This document shows, one piece after another, positions 1-13,431 of a stretch of DNA of 64,000 bases (positions are counted from its first letter, which is position 1; each line of letters starts with the position of its first letter). A program made the translations under genes and the position numbers. Source of the stretch: Selaginella moellendorffii (taxonomy: Eukaryota > Plantae > Lycopodiophyta); assembly GCF_000143415.4 (NCBI RefSeq), contig NW_003314264.1:3171710-3235709 (forward strand). The letters run 5' to 3'. A model generated the notes under the pieces. It searched no databases and was not told where the DNA came from. It saw only the letters and a program-made list of their open reading frames with translations.

Positions 1-2218
1 CTATATTCCTTGCTTATATCCTCTGCGATCATCTGTGCATCTTTGGAGCCTCCAAAGATCCCCTTCCTGGACAGTCCAGCAACGTAGAGTCCCCGCTCTC
101 CTTTCCACCCGCACCGCGGGAATCCATCGGCACTGAACGAGTTGCCTACTTCTCCCTGGAATAAGAGAGAAAAACGCCACGGGTCAGTCGCTGTGACAAG
201 AAAATCTAAGTGAAATGGCGATGCGACGATCAAGCACTCAAGCCGAGCTTTTAAAACAGCAAGCTAGGCAGCTAGATGGCAACCTTAAACTTCGCAACTT
301 GCAAGCTGTACCACACAAAATGGAAAAAGAGGGCCAGGCAAAAAGGCTAGGAACAAAACCAAGAAAAAAAGAAAGAAACTCAACAACAACATACCAGAAA
401 ATACAACGCATTCCTCATTTCATGGGCAAACTTATCTGCAATCTGAGCTTCATACTACATGCGCACATCAACATCCCAACAACACTTCAACTCCAACACT
501 GATGCTACAACCACCATTCCCATGAACAGCTCTGGACCATATTCACTCGCCATGCTGTGAATTCCCTCTCACAATTTCACCATTTCTTTTCGCTCTTTTT
601 GTGAAATCTTTCCCCACTCCAGATGATAATTCAAAGTCAACCAAGCAACCCCAGCAAAGCAGCGAGATCACCAAGCAAGCCCAGCAAAAAACCAGGAGAT
701 GCAAAGAACAATCCAGTGGAGCAAGCGAAGATGGAGGAATGGAGAAGCATTGCGTGGGAAGAGTTTCCAGAGGATTTTAAAGTACCTTGAGCCACTGAGG
801 AACGTTGCTCTTGTAGCCGGTCGCAAAGATGATAGCGTCGTAATCGCCTTGTTGGCCATCAGAGAACCTCGCGGAGCACGACGATAGCGATTCCAAGCTC
901 GGCCTCACCTGGATTGACAAGCATCCAAAGAAAAATGTTAGAATCCAATCTACCATGAAAGAAAAAAGAAAATGTCTTCTTTAAGGAGGACTACTGCATG
1001 TACCTTGATTTTTCCAGCTTTGATCTTGGACAAGGTCCCAACGTCAAGCACCGGAGTTCTTCCCGTCTTGACCTTCATCTCCATGGGACCGACGTCGGGC
1101 CGCCGGATGCCATGCCGCGCGGTGCTGCCCAGCGCCGCAATTGCGTACGACACGAGAAGGCGGTCCGCCAGCCACACAGGCAAATGCTTGAGCAGCTTCA
1201 TGGCCACCGAGTACGTCGAGAATCCAAGCATCTCCCTGGGAAGGATGTGCACCTGGAAGAAGAACAAAAAGAGAACTTTCGATGAGACAACCATCCATGA
1301 CGATCGGGAAAGAAGAAAGAAGAAGAAGAGGAAGGAATTTGATCTAGAGCTTTCAGAGAAGAGAGAACTCACCGGACTTCTCACGACAATTGCTGGCTTG
1401 GCATTGTGCTGGACCAGGTCGAGCGCAATCTCCATGCCGGAATTGCCCGAGCCGACGACGAGGACGCTCTTGCCCGCGTAGTCGCAGCCATTCTTAAACT
1501 CTGATGAGTGCTTGACGGATCCCCGAAAGGAAGCAAGGCCGGGGAGGTCCCATGGCAGCAGCGGCTCCGCGTTCTCGCCCGACGCCACCACCAGCCATCG
1601 CCCAACGTACTCGCGCGCCTGGCGCTCGCGATCGCCCTCGCCCGACTCCCTGATGGTGCGCACCCGCCACAGCCCCAATCGCGGATCGAACACGGCCGAC
1701 TGCACGCACTCGTGGAATCGGGCCCGGATCTGGAAGTGAGCCGCGTAATTTTCGAGGTAGTCCACGAACTGGGTGCGCGTGGGATAGATTGGGAAGCTGT
1801 CCGGGAAGGGCGACATCGGGAGCTCGCAGAACTGCTTGGGGATGTGGAGGCGGAGGCGATCGTAGGTGCGGTTCTGCCACAGGGATCCAATGCAACTGTT
1901 CTTCTCCAGGATCACGGAGGAGCCGATCCCCGCGGCGCTCAGGCACGCCGCGGTCGCCAGCCCCGATGGCCCGGCTCCCACGATGATGGCGCCGTCCACC
2001 CACATCCATGGACTGGGCGGTGGCGGAGGCGACGGAGAGGCATCCATCGCCGCCGCCGCCGCTGCTTGTGGTGGCGGTGGCAGAGGCGGCGGTGGTGGTG
2101 GTGATGCCGTCTCCATGACGATCTTGCTCTTGGTTGCTCGCAGGAGATTCTTGAGACTGATCTGGTCGCAGAGCTCCTTCCCCCACTGCTCGCTGTGCGG
2201 GGAAATGTGGGGTGGCAT
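1..2218 (-). CDS. YUC: YUCCA flavin monooxygenase (auxin biosynthesis), 4 exons, 3' end runs off the window
   Basis: GAGPSG FAD motif, WQNRTYDRLRLH, FRGSVKHSSEFK FMO motif, GSGNSG NADPH motif, ATGY motif. GT-AG exons approx. 2218-1373, 1252-1004, 909-787, 155-1 (GWKGERGLYVAGLSRKGIFG). Start may instead be 2116. Confidence 0.93.
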
Positions 2219-5200
2219 CTCTGTGCTGCAGCTACTACCACACGAGCAGTAGCCTCTCGGCGCCGGCGGTGATGATTCTTCCAGCGGGAAGTAAAAACGC
2301 GCGGGCGCGGGACGATCTCTCTTCTTCTTCCCTCGAATTTGCAATCTTAAAGAGGAACCGCGCTATCTCTCACTAACACAGGTTGGTGGTGGCGGAGCTC
2401 TCGCTTGTTACTATCAACTGTTCTAGCAAAGGGGAGCGCGGAGAACTTATAAGTAGCAAGCTCGAGTAGATCTCGTTCTCTTCGCTCTTTCTCTTCCGGG
2501 AGTCTCTCTACTCCTCTACTATAGCAGTACACTACTAGACCCGGAGGTGATGGCGGTGTCTAGAGATTCGAGCTGAGCTTTCCGTCTGCGCCCTTGATTC
2601 TGAGTGGGATTCTGATTGATTCCTGACCGATGCGTGCGTCACTTCAACACTGATCAGGCTGCAGCATTGCCCAACATACCTCCCACACTACCTCAGACCA
2701 AAGCGAACCTGCCAGCGGCAATCTTTGCTATAGAAGCGCGATTGCTAGCTTTTAGAATACGAATAGCAGGGAGTGAAACAAACACCAAACGGGAAAGAAG
2801 TAGCCTCTCTCTTCCTTTCACAGAAGAACTACGCACACACCCAATTCGTGGGGTGGATCCTTTCCTTCCTCAAATCAAACAGAGAAAGCAAAGCCCGCCG
2901 GTCGAGCGCTGGAGATCTAGGCAAACAAGACGCACAGAAAAGGGGCGGCTTGTAGCTAGTAGTAATATGGGAGACAAAGGACGATATCCAGCAAGGGCAT
3001 TGCTCCGACACGCCGACCATATATATATATAAACAATTTTTAAAATCCCTACACTACCACCAACGCTTGTTGTAGTAAACAAATTGCGTTGTGTGGGATT
3101 TGTTTATTTGCATGATGCGATCCACACACAAACAACGAGAGGGATTCCAATTCGATTTTGCCTGCTTCTCATGATTTTCCCCTTATTTTTCTTTTCCTTT
3201 TTCTTTCCTTTTTTGTTTTTGTGTTTGTGCGGTGGCATATCCCTGACAGCTGGCCGAGATTAGGGCAAGATGAACGGTTTAGGGTAGTGATGTGCATTTG
3301 GCAACACCAACCTCTGCCCCTGACAAGCAACAACAGCTTGAAGTTGAGAGAGAACGAAACACGAATTAGGGCTATAATGGCACTCGAAAACAACTGACTG
3401 ACCTCTCATGACGCACACATGAGAGAATCAATGACGACGATGATGATGAGCGTGATGATGGTGATGATGCACACACACAACTTGGAGGAGACCTAATAAC
3501 AACGAAAGTTGGCGCGAGCCGGGGGAGAGAGGGGATTTAACCGGCCAGCTCGCAGACGATTCATGCAGGACAATTGGCGGATGGAACGAAATTCTATTTC
3601 ATTCATTCCCGGATGAATGATCCCATCCGCCCGCCCCCTCCCTCATTCCGCGAAATCTAATAGATCCTTTAACAACGGACGCCACAAATGTGTGGACAAC
3701 CAACGCATTCAAACAAATGGGCCTTTTCATTCCCATGCCGCTGTGCCTGCGCTGCCCTAAATCACGATTGCACTTAACATTCTCGCACACTTTCGGGATT
3801 TGCCGAAATGTCAACAATCTGGTTTAAGATGATGAAAGTAGTCATGTACACCTAGCCGCCGGGCATTAGTGTTGCGGAGGGGGAGGCATTGAATGCACAA
3901 TCATATGGCCACATTGACATGCTCTTTGGCCGCATAATAATTATTTCATTAGCGAGAGGGAACGACGAAAGAGCCGCAGCCAATCAGCCGCTAGGCCCAG
4001 CCCGCCGCTTACGGGTGGCCATTTATGGCCCAAACACCTGCGTTTTGTGTGTATGTGACAGCAAATTTGCCCAGCCTGGGCATTTTGCACTCTCGTTGCT
4101 TGGATGCTTGGACATTCGTTGCGACGGATCGATCGATCGATCGAGTCTTACAAATGACGGACGTATTCTCTCCATCTTTTAAACGGCGGCCTTGCGCGTG
4201 CATGCAAATGTAGTGAATCTGGGCCGCCCTCTCGCGCCTCCTCTGGCCCAAATCTTGGGCCTCATCATGAGATCGTCTTGGGGATCTCGACTAGTATAAA
4301 CTACAACCGGAAACCACTTCGCCATTAAACTCACAGGGACGGGCGGTAGAGTACGCCGCCGCGTGTGGCCGTGAATTGGGGCATTCCGTACTGACGGACG
4401 GACGGCCGTTATGTCGTCACGCCAGCCCAGTCTCCCCAATCAAACAACTCTAAAAAATGGGCACGGACAGAGCTCCACAGCACCAGCGCCACCACCCATC
4501 TCGTTGCCAACTTTGGCAGCACACAAACAAACCCCAGTGCGTCCGGTTTAAAAATACCATAGCAATAGGCCCGCCCAATGTCGCCAACATTCCATACAAG
4601 AACCCGTCACCCAAGCCCCGCCCTGTTTTGTTGCGGTGTTTTTGCCCAAATGCCCCTGCGGGAGAAACACTAAACTCGGCCCGGGGGCCCCGCACGGCAT
4701 GGCCATCATGCGTCCTCGCTGTCGCAACGCTGCATGCCACATTTTGTCATTGGAGATTGGGAATGGTGGTTGACGGGTATTCAAATTACACCGCTGCTGC
4801 CAGTCCCGCAAGGGATCCATGAATCCCCAGCGGGTTATCCGGCGGAGAGATAGGACGTCAATGCAAATGCCCAAGACCGGCCAAGGCGCCCCAAGATGCC
4901 CAGGCGCGGCATTTTGCATCTTGTGTGTCAACACTTACTGGCCTGCGCGTCAACTTCGCGCTACCCTACACGGACGGTGACGCCCCGCGGCCGGCAACTA
5001 CCATCCAACCATGCCCATAGCCATGCCTGTGGCCGGGGCCCATGTCTACTCGAGAATTAGGGATATGGGCCATCTTCCATGGTGGAGACTTTCTGGTACG
5101 GAAGGGAATCAGGGGAACGTGTCTGGAAGCGAGCCTTGTTTTCGTCGCGGGGGGGGGTGGCCACTGGCCACAATTTCCACTCGCAATAATTGGGCCACTG

Positions 5201-6145
5201 TACGGGGGTCTTCTTCCTACGTGTTATGCGATAGATGGATAGATAGCCCCGCAAAGTCAACCGTGGGAGGAGGCATGAGACGAGTGGCCTTGTTCTAGGC
5301 CGATGATTTGCGATGATTACAAGCGGGAATGTTAGGATTCCATGGCTTGTGCGTGCATGCATGCATTTCTTACTTACGGGCTTGGCTTAGGGGACACCGT
5401 TGCGCCTTAATAACGCTTTTGTAGCTAGCCGCAAATCATCACCTGTTATATTACTTACACGCAATTTGCCTGGAGGGTTGACTCCGTGGCTTGGATAGCG
5501 AAATCTCTGCTTTGCGAGAAAATAAAAATTCAAAAAAATTCCAATAATAGGGGAGGTTTCACGTGACTTTGAGATACATTGTAGATCAGAAAATGGCGCG
5601 CATACAGGATATCGTTTCGCTGGATTCGATCCTTTCGTGTGTGTTGGGGTGCAACTTGGAGGGAAGGGCTTGCTCGCCTTATCACTCTCACGGGACGGGG
5701 AGCCCATCCGCTCGGCCATCTGCGACGCAGCCGTTGGATTCGCTCCTTGTATACAGTCAATGATACGGATAGGTGGCGGAGAATGACAAACCAAAGGTTG
5801 GCTGGCTGGTCATTTAATCGATTCGAGAGCGACGAGGGCGCTTTTTCGATCATGGAATAGAAAACTCGGCTTCGCCCGCGCGCTTGATCCTCGTCTGGAG
5901 ATCTCGTCTTGCTTTATTTTGTTTTCCCGGTCGTACACTGCCCACGAGCTTGCCGGCCAAGAGGCGGCCGCCACGTGGACCTTAGGGCTCCAGCGCTTTG
6001 GCGCCTTGTAGACAATGATTTGAATGGGAGCAGGGTCTACCTAGGAGAAAACTCACACACAGAGCCCATCATTCATCACTCCAAAAATCATCCTGTTTTT
6101 GTTTGATGGTGGTCTTTTTGAAAACAACTCCATCCTCGTTTTAGT

Positions 6146-6147
6146 TG

Positions 6148-6190
<43 letters not shown>

Positions 6191-6200
6191 GAGAGAGAGA
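6146..6200. repeat. Compound (TG)n(AG)n microsatellite
   Basis: Directly visible tgtgtg...gagaga run. Confidence 0.9.
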
Positions 6201-6663
6201 AGAAAAATGTGAAAAGAAAAGAGAGTTTTCCATGTCCCTGCTGCTTCTGCTGCTGCTACTGCTGCTGCTACTCCTGCGATACGAAAGAGAGAGGAAGTAA
6301 GTCCCTTCATTTACCAATCTTGTCGTCACGACCTTATACCTTTGTACCTCGCGAAAGCAGCAGCTCAACAACAACGAAGCAAATGAGCAGCGAATTCGGT
6401 TAAGTGTCACCTGGATTTTGGGGGGAGGGAAGCAGCAGGAGCAGCAGCAGCAGCAGCAGCAGCGAGGTACCGAGCAGTGGCCACTCTGGAGCTCATGATT
6501 GAGAAAAACTGCTGAGGCGAGATGACGTTTAAGCTCTCTAACCGGTGCAGTCCTGGTGACGAAAGGAAAAAGGGCAAACCATAACGGAGGTACTCGAGAG
6601 AAAGAGAAAGCAGCGAACCTTTGAGAGAAAACAACCGGCGAACCCCCGGCTTTGGGAGCACTG

Positions 6664-8377
6664 TCACTGCTGAGCGCATTGCACTCGGTGTCCTGCAGAT
6701 GGATCATCATCGTCGTCGTAAGCCTCGCGCTGTTGCTGATGTTTGCTCTTCATCTCTTCATCAATGTTCACGTCGTGGAGAGTTGCTTCCTCGCACTCGT
6801 CCAGCTCCACTTGCGTCAGCTGGAGTGCAGGCCTCGGCGGTAGGACCGATTCCAGCGTTTTCAACATGTCCGGGTTGAGGGCTCGCGGTTCCGGAAAATC
6901 AACGCTGAACTGAATGTACAATCTTCCCTTGACAAACGGCCGTTGATGCTGCGGCATCCCTTCGTCATTTACAGCCTTGAACTGCCCTGCCGCAGTCGAA
7001 ATGACTAGTCAGTTGAAGAAACTTAACGTTCAAGAAAAAAATAAGCAAAAGAAATGGTGGAAGTTACTACCAGGCTTGATGATTTCTCCCGGTGCAGATT
7101 TTATAAGCAGCTGCCTGCCATCAAGTTGCGTGAGTACAAACTGGAAGCCGCACAAGGCTTCAACCAGCGTGAGTTTGTGCTCCGTGAAGAGATCGTCGCC
7201 TTTTCTCTTGAATTTGGAGTGCTCCTTCTCTTGCAGGATGAATATGACATCGCCGGTGATCGCATCTGGCTGCAAAGAACTTCTCCTTTTATCAATACCA
7301 AAGCTGGAAATAAACGAATTAAAAAGAAAAAAAGAAAAATTGACTAGCAAAGACTTACACATTCATCTGCTTCTCCCGGAAAAGTTATCTTCTGCCCATG
7401 TTGCATCCCCTTCTCAACGTGAACCTCGAGCATTTTCTTGTCTTGGACAACTTTGCTTCCTTTGCATTCCGAGCATTTATCCTTCTCCTTAATTACCTCG
7501 CCTGTTTAGGAAGAAGAAAAAGAAAACAATATCAAGCATGATCTCCAGGATCTCAACTGGGACAGACCTGCGCCACTACAGTCGCTACACATGTGTTGCA
7601 TCTGTTGTATCATGCCTGGTCCCAACTGGCGGATGGTAACCTTCGTTCCGGAACCTTGGCAACTTGCGCAACGGCTGCTCAGGCCAGATTTGGATCCCTT
7701 CCTGTTGACAAATTTCGAAGTTTCTGAGATGAGAGGAAAGGCAAAAGAAAAAAGAAATTTTTTTTTCTCAAACTCACGATACGTTTGAATGATTCAACAA
7801 GGAACTCACGCCTTGCAGCTTGAGCAGATAACGCTTCTCATCAAAGTCAGCTTTTTGGAGGCTCCGGTGTAAACTTCTTCCAGCGAAACCTGTAAGGGAT
7901 GGATCACATCCTCTCCCCTTCTATGCCTCCGGCCTCTGCTACTTCCTACGCGCAAAGACATAAAAAAACATAAGTATACCAAGGTGGACAATTACCTCCA
8001 ACAAAAGGATTTCCAAAAAAGAAGGACTCGAAAATGTCGAAAGGATTGCTGCGCGAGGAGCAACCAGGCATTCCTTGCTTGAGACCCTCCTCCCCATGCT
8101 CGTCGTAAATCTCCCGTTTCTCCGGATCACTCAGCACTTCATAAGCTTGCGCTAATTCTTTAAACTGCAAGGAGCGGGAAATGGAATGGAGCAAGAGAAG
8201 AAGAAAAAAAGATGAACACAAAGAGAAAGGGAATGCTACCTTCTCGACATCGCCTCCCTTGTCCGGATGATTCAAGATCGCTGCTTTCTTGTAAGCTTTC
8301 TTAAGATCATCGGGGGAGGCATTCTTGGAGACTCCAAGAATCTCGTAGTAGCGCGTGCTGCTGCTGTCGCTCGACAT
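6664..8377 (-). CDS. Type A DnaJ/HSP40 co-chaperone (J2/J3-like), multi-exon
   Basis: J domain with HPDKGGD, G/F-rich linker, four CxxC zinc-finger repeats, C-terminal CAQQ CaaX box. Confidence 0.95.
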
Positions 8378-8501
8378 GGCGGACCGGATCAATTACTTAC
8401 ATTTGCGCGATCGATCGCGGGATCGGGCCATCGATCACAACCCTAGCCCGGGATTCAAAGCAAGAACGCGTGAGTGAGCCCTAAAAATAAGGTCTCCCCT
8501 T

Positions 8502-9991
8502 ATGGCGCTCGCGCTTGGCCACGCTGCCTTCGTCGACGAGGATTACGCCCGCGCGCTCGAGCTCTACAATCAGGCAGTGCTCGAGGAGCCTTCCAACGCT
8601 GGCGCGCTGGTGAGTAGAGCACAGGTCCATATCAAGCTCGGCCATTTCACAGGTAGGACAGACTTCTCGCGAGATCCTTCCATGGCTCTAGTTTTTCTAC
8701 ATTGCTAGATGCTATTGCCGATGCAAAGGCGGCTATCGACCTCAACCCGGCCCTGTCCAAGGCGCATCTTCGCCAAGGGTACGTGATTTCTGGGAAGAAA
8801 AACTCGATTTTGGTTTTCCAGGATTGCCTGTTTCTCTCTAGGGGAATACGAGACAGCCAGGGCCGCTTTCGAGAAGGCTGCATCGTTGGAAGACGATCCA
8901 AAAACCCGAGAATGGATCCACAAGTGCGATGAAAAACTCAAAGGTGACTTATACTTCGTGCTCAAGGATTGGATCGCTGAATGCTTGATGCTTGTAGAGG
9001 AGTCTGGTGTTCCCCAGGAAGCTGATATGCGTGATAGCGCCACGGATGAAGAAGTTTTCATGACTCCTTCGTTACCTCCTCCCAAATACAGGTTTGGTTT
9101 CGAAGAAAATTGTCGTTCTTTTTCCTTGATTCTTGAAATGCAGGCACGAATGGTATCAATCTCAAGAAGCTGTCGTCGTTACCGTCTTCGCGAAAGGCAT
9201 CAAGCAAGAGGACGCGCGTATTGACTTTGGAGAACAGATGGTATATATGCTTTCCTAGGCAGTGGGCTTGACGTCCTGGTCTTGCAGCTCAGCGTAGTAA
9301 TCAGAGTTCCAAACGAGAACCCGTATGCTTTACAGGTTCGCTTATTCGGGAAGGTAATATGCTTTTCTTCGCTAGGAAACGGATGCTCACGAGTATATTT
9401 CTAGGTGAATGTTCCCAAATGCAAATGCAGTATTTTGAGTACTAAAATCGAAATCCGACTCTCCAAAGCTGATGACACGCACTGGAAGGGCTTGTCTTAC
9501 GAACAAAATCAAGGGCCAGTGCTGAAGAGTAAGCATTTCTGATTGCTTTCGGTGGGAAAGAACTTAATTCACGGTTACAGCTCCGTCGAGAGTGACTGCA
9601 TATCCGAGCTCCAGCAAGAAAGCTGCCGAGAAAAACTGGGACAAGCTGGAAGCTGAAGTGAAGAAAGAGGTACTTTTCTTTGCACTGTGATCACTATATC
9701 GGCTGGAAACTCTTTTAGGAGAAGGACGAGAAACTGGAGGGTGACGCTGCACTCAACAAGCTCTTCCGAGAAATATACGGCAATGCGGACGAGGACACTA
9801 GACGGGCCATGAACAAGTCATTTGTAAGTAGAAACGTGGAAAGCTTTTTCTCGCAGTGATGATGAGCATGTGTGCTTGCGCAGGTTGAATCAAACGGGAC
9901 CGTTTTATCGACAAACTGGAAAGAGGTTGGCAGCAAGAAAATCGCAGGAAGCGCCCCACAAGGCATGGAGATGAAGAAGTGGGAGGTTTGA
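8502..9991 (+). CDS. SGT1: SGT1 co-chaperone (TPR-CS-SGS), multi-exon
   Basis: N-terminal TPR, CS domain ([19 protein letters not shown]), SGS domain ([42 protein letters not shown]). Confidence 0.95.
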
Positions 9992-10562
9992 AAAGTTTCA
10001 TAGCCAGGATATTTTACGTATCCGCTTTATAACTTGTGTGTGTTTGGAATTTTAAGCGACGGCGATTTTTACAAGTGTTGGCCTCTCAATACATGCAATC
10101 TCGCTTGCTGACACGCAAGGAAACCCAAAAGTCGAGAGACAAAAAGGAGTGTTCTCTCTTGCGAAAAGCACACAAGAAAGGAGAGCTAGAGAGAGCGAGA
10201 GCGAGCGAGAGAGAGAGATGGATAAGACGGAAGGCTCGGTGCAAAACGTTGGCAATCTCTTCAGGAGGAACAGGAGTAGTGTTCGCACAGCGATGATGTG
10301 GACTTTTGGAGCTGGGGGTAAGTTTTAGAGGTAGTTCTTCGTGTTCTTCCGGAGTTTTTGGAGAACGAAGACAATGGATGATCCTTGCCGTACAGGTTTG
10401 CTGTGGCTGCTCTACACGGTGGAGCCATTCAAGTCCAAAATGGAGCCGTACAACTACCGTGGCTCTAGAGTTCCCACTGTCCCGAAAACCGGTAGCGAGG
10501 CCGGGTCGGCGGTGGCCCATCCAAAGTCTTGATGTAAAGGCGCTTTAAAATGGTCTAGATAG

Positions 10563-12092
10563 ATGATTAGCAGAGCTCTTCTTCTTCTTCCTCGGTGTAG
10601 GTCTAGCGATCGCCACGATTCTTTCTTCTTGCTTGCGCGGCGATGCTGCCATTACGCGTCGCGGCTGCGTCGCTGCACGGACTTGGCGCAGGTGGAGGAG
10701 CTCCAGGCGGAGCTCCTTCGCCTGGATGGCAGCGATCGCGGCACTTTCGTCGGGAATCACCTCGTCCAGATGTTTGGCAAGCTGGGGCGCCTCGATCAGG
10801 CGTGGCAGGCGTTTGCCAGGATCCGGCAGCCCAATGTCTTCTCCTGGAACGCGATTCTTGCCGCGGCTGTGCGGCACGGGGATCTTCAGCGCGCGCAGGG
10901 TGTTTTTGACAGGATGCCGGAGAGAGATGTAGTCTCCTGGACCGCTCTCATCGCCGGATCCTCGCAGAGCGGCGATCCGGAGCTTGCTGTAGAGATGTTC
11001 TCGAGAATGCAGGCCCAGGGCGTCGTCCCCGATCGCGCGGCCTTTCTCAGCGCACTGGACGCGATCTCTCTCGCGCAGGCGCTCGAGTCTGGGATCTCGG
11101 TCCACGGAGCGATTGCTCGCCTGCGGCTGGAATCCGATGCCTTGATTGGGAGCGCGCTTATAAACATGTATGGGAAGTGCCAGGACGTGGCCCATGCAAA
11201 GGTGGTATTCGATTCGATGGAGCGGCGCAACGTTGTGGCCTGGACAGCGATCGTCGCAGCAAATGCCCAGAATGGGCGTGTTCTTGACGCCAAGTTCTTG
11301 TTCGAGAAGATGCCGCAGCAAGACATCGTCTCTTGGAACTCTATGATCTCGGGCATGGGGAAGAACCAGTATAACAGGGAAGCTCTGGATCTCTTCCACG
11401 CCATGGAAGCCATAGCCATGCTGCCGGAGAAGAGCACGCTCGTGAGCGCCATCGACGCCTGTGCGAATCTACCATCTCTAGCCGAGGGCCGACGAATCCA
11501 CTCCAGGATAGACGAGACGATGTTGGAATCCGATAGGGAGATCCAGAACGCGCTTGTCAACATGTACGGGAGGTGTGGCGACTTGGAAACGGCGAGAGCG
11601 CTTTTCGATCGAATGCGAGACAAGAATGTGATTTCGTGGACTTCGGTGATCGCGGCGTATGCCCACCACGGGCATAGCCGCGCAGCGCTTGAGCTGTTCT
11701 ACGAGATGGCCTGCGAGGGGCAAGCCCCCAACGAGATCACGCTCGCCACCCTCCTCTACGCTTGCAACTACACGGGACGGATCAACGATGGTGTCTACTA
11801 CTTCATGTTCCTCCACCTCGAGTTTGGGATCCCAGCGACGCGGGAGCACTTCGTGTGGCTGATTGACGTGCTTGGGCGATGCGGGCAGCTCGAGAAAGCC
11901 GAGGAGCTGCTCAGGAGCATGCCGTTTGAGCCGCAGCCGCTCGCCTGGCGGATGCTCCTGGGAGCTTGTCAATCCCACAAGGATGTCGAGAGAGGTGAGC
12001 GGCTGGCTCGCCATCTATTTGCCACAAACTCTGTCCGCTCGTCACCGTACGTGGTGCTCTCTAACATTTTCCTCTCGAGCTCAGCGTCATAG
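10563..12092 (+). CDS. PLS-class pentatricopeptide repeat protein with E domain and no DYW; probable organellar RNA-editing factor
   Basis: Intronless 509 aa ORF with repeated DVVSW/ALINMYGKC motifs, ending WRMLLGAC...PYVVLSNIF; transit-peptide-like N-terminus. Confidence 0.93.
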   Translation: MISRALLLLPRCRSSDRHDSFFLLARRCCHYASRLRRCTDLAQVEELQAELLRLDGSDRGTFVGNHLVQMFGKLGRLDQAWQAFARIRQPNVFSWNAILAAAVRHGDLQRAQGVFDRMPERDVVSWTALIAGSSQSGDPELAVEMFSRMQAQGVVPDRAAFLSALDAISLAQALESGISVHGAIARLRLESDALIGSALINMYGKCQDVAHAKVVFDSMERRNVVAWTAIVAANAQNGRVLDAKFLFEKMPQQDIVSWNSMISGMGKNQYNREALDLFHAMEAIAMLPEKSTLVSAIDACANLPSLAEGRRIHSRIDETMLESDREIQNALVNMYGRCGDLETARALFDRMRDKNVISWTSVIAAYAHHGHSRAALELFYEMACEGQAPNEITLATLLYACNYTGRINDGVYYFMFLHLEFGIPATREHFVWLIDVLGRCGQLEKAEELLRSMPFEPQPLAWRMLLGACQSHKDVERGERLARHLFATNSVRSSPYVVLSNIFLSSSAS

Positions 12093-12199
12093 GAGACGGC
12101 AAAGTCTTTCAGGAGCTCAAACAAGTTTCTTTACGAACCAAACATCCTTTTTGGTGGTGGTAGAAGTTCTTACAACATGTGTACAAGAACGAGTCATCA

Positions 12200-13104
12200 A
12201 CGAGAGAGCTTACACCTTTGGGATCCTTCCCTTGCTGCCATTCCTTGTCAGCAGCTGACTGCAGCGTTGCGGAGATTCCATCCGCCTCCAGTCCCACAGC
12301 GTTCCGCTCTTCGACCGATTGAACGTCCTCGTGAGTCAATCTGCATTTTGGCGGCAGGAACGTAAGCATCCAGTTGGCAACAGCATCGAATCCGGAACTC
12401 CCAGGACGTCCTTCACCGTAGTGGCCCTGTACCAATGTTTTTCGCGGTAACCTTGGGCAGTACATGAGAAACCCGGCTAGAACGAAAGCCAAGAACTTCG
12501 AAGAGCGACGACGTCCACTCGCCCGACTTGGAGTGTGACAAGCACAATAGTCTAACTCAAGTGTATATTCTAACAGGCGAATTGCATTTGAACCCATGAC
12601 TTCAAAGGACTTTTACCTCATGCACTGGTTTCTGGCGGAGGAAGAACTCACGAGCACATCCGCAACTTAGCCATGTTGCGGCACAAGGACTCCGAGAATA
12701 CTCCTGGAAAAGCATGTCACTAGTCATAACTGGAAGATCGTCTTCGCAAAGAAAAGGCATATTGGGCTCTTGTGAGGATGATCCCGTTGATCGGCTCGGT
12801 CTCCACTCTAGCAGCATATTCGGAAGTGGTGCGCCACTCCAGGAGGTCTCCCCGCCCGTTAAAGTCTGGCTGCGCCACTTCAGGCTGGTCTCCTCGCGAC
12901 TGCTGGGCTCGCGCGGCCACGCTCGTTACAGCCCTCCTCGGCAATGAAGAATACAGCGATAGATTTTTGCTGGCCCTCCTGGAAGGAAAGGACGCACATT
13001 GTCTGGGATGAGATCGGGCGATTAGCCAAGAGGGTGAACTCGATCAAACCTGGATGCAAAGGAAGCCAGTCGATGGGAGAAGCTGATCGCGCCACGCCCA
13101 TCAT
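12200..13104 (-). pseudogene. Degenerate tandem copy of the SMP/LEA gene
   Basis: Nucleotide similarity to 13432-14684 at the 5' end, an intron and the last exon (ATLQSAADK). Has frameshifts, large deletions and an unrelated segment at ~12500-12840. Confidence 0.7.
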
Positions 13105-13431
13105 ATTTTGAGTTCTTCGGTGTAGAGACGAAATGGAAGGAGTATGTACGTGGTAGCATCTAAGGGTGAAACGTGGAAGGGTAAGATGTTTTCACGTATT
13201 TTCTAGCGTGAGATGATGGAATCCGAGAGGGCCGTTTGATCGAATGTGAAAAGTGATCGCAACTATGTCCAGAGAGGGAAGCGAGTTTTTGCCACAAGAT
13301 CCTCGGATGTGGATGCTACTCTCGTCGATCTTCATGGCGATCAAAAAGTTTCCCTGGGTTGGTAAGTTCTTACACAGCAAAACTAAAGTTCTTACAACAT
13401 ATTTACAAGAACAAGTCATCAACGAGTGAGC

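Noticed and set aside
6236-6462. (CTG)n ... (CAG)n fold-back
   Set aside because: Complementarity comes only from simple triplet repeats; no miRNA-like duplex recognised.
2345-6660. Short ORFs upstream of YUCCA
   Set aside because: No recognisable motifs or consistent exon chain; several are microsatellite-derived.
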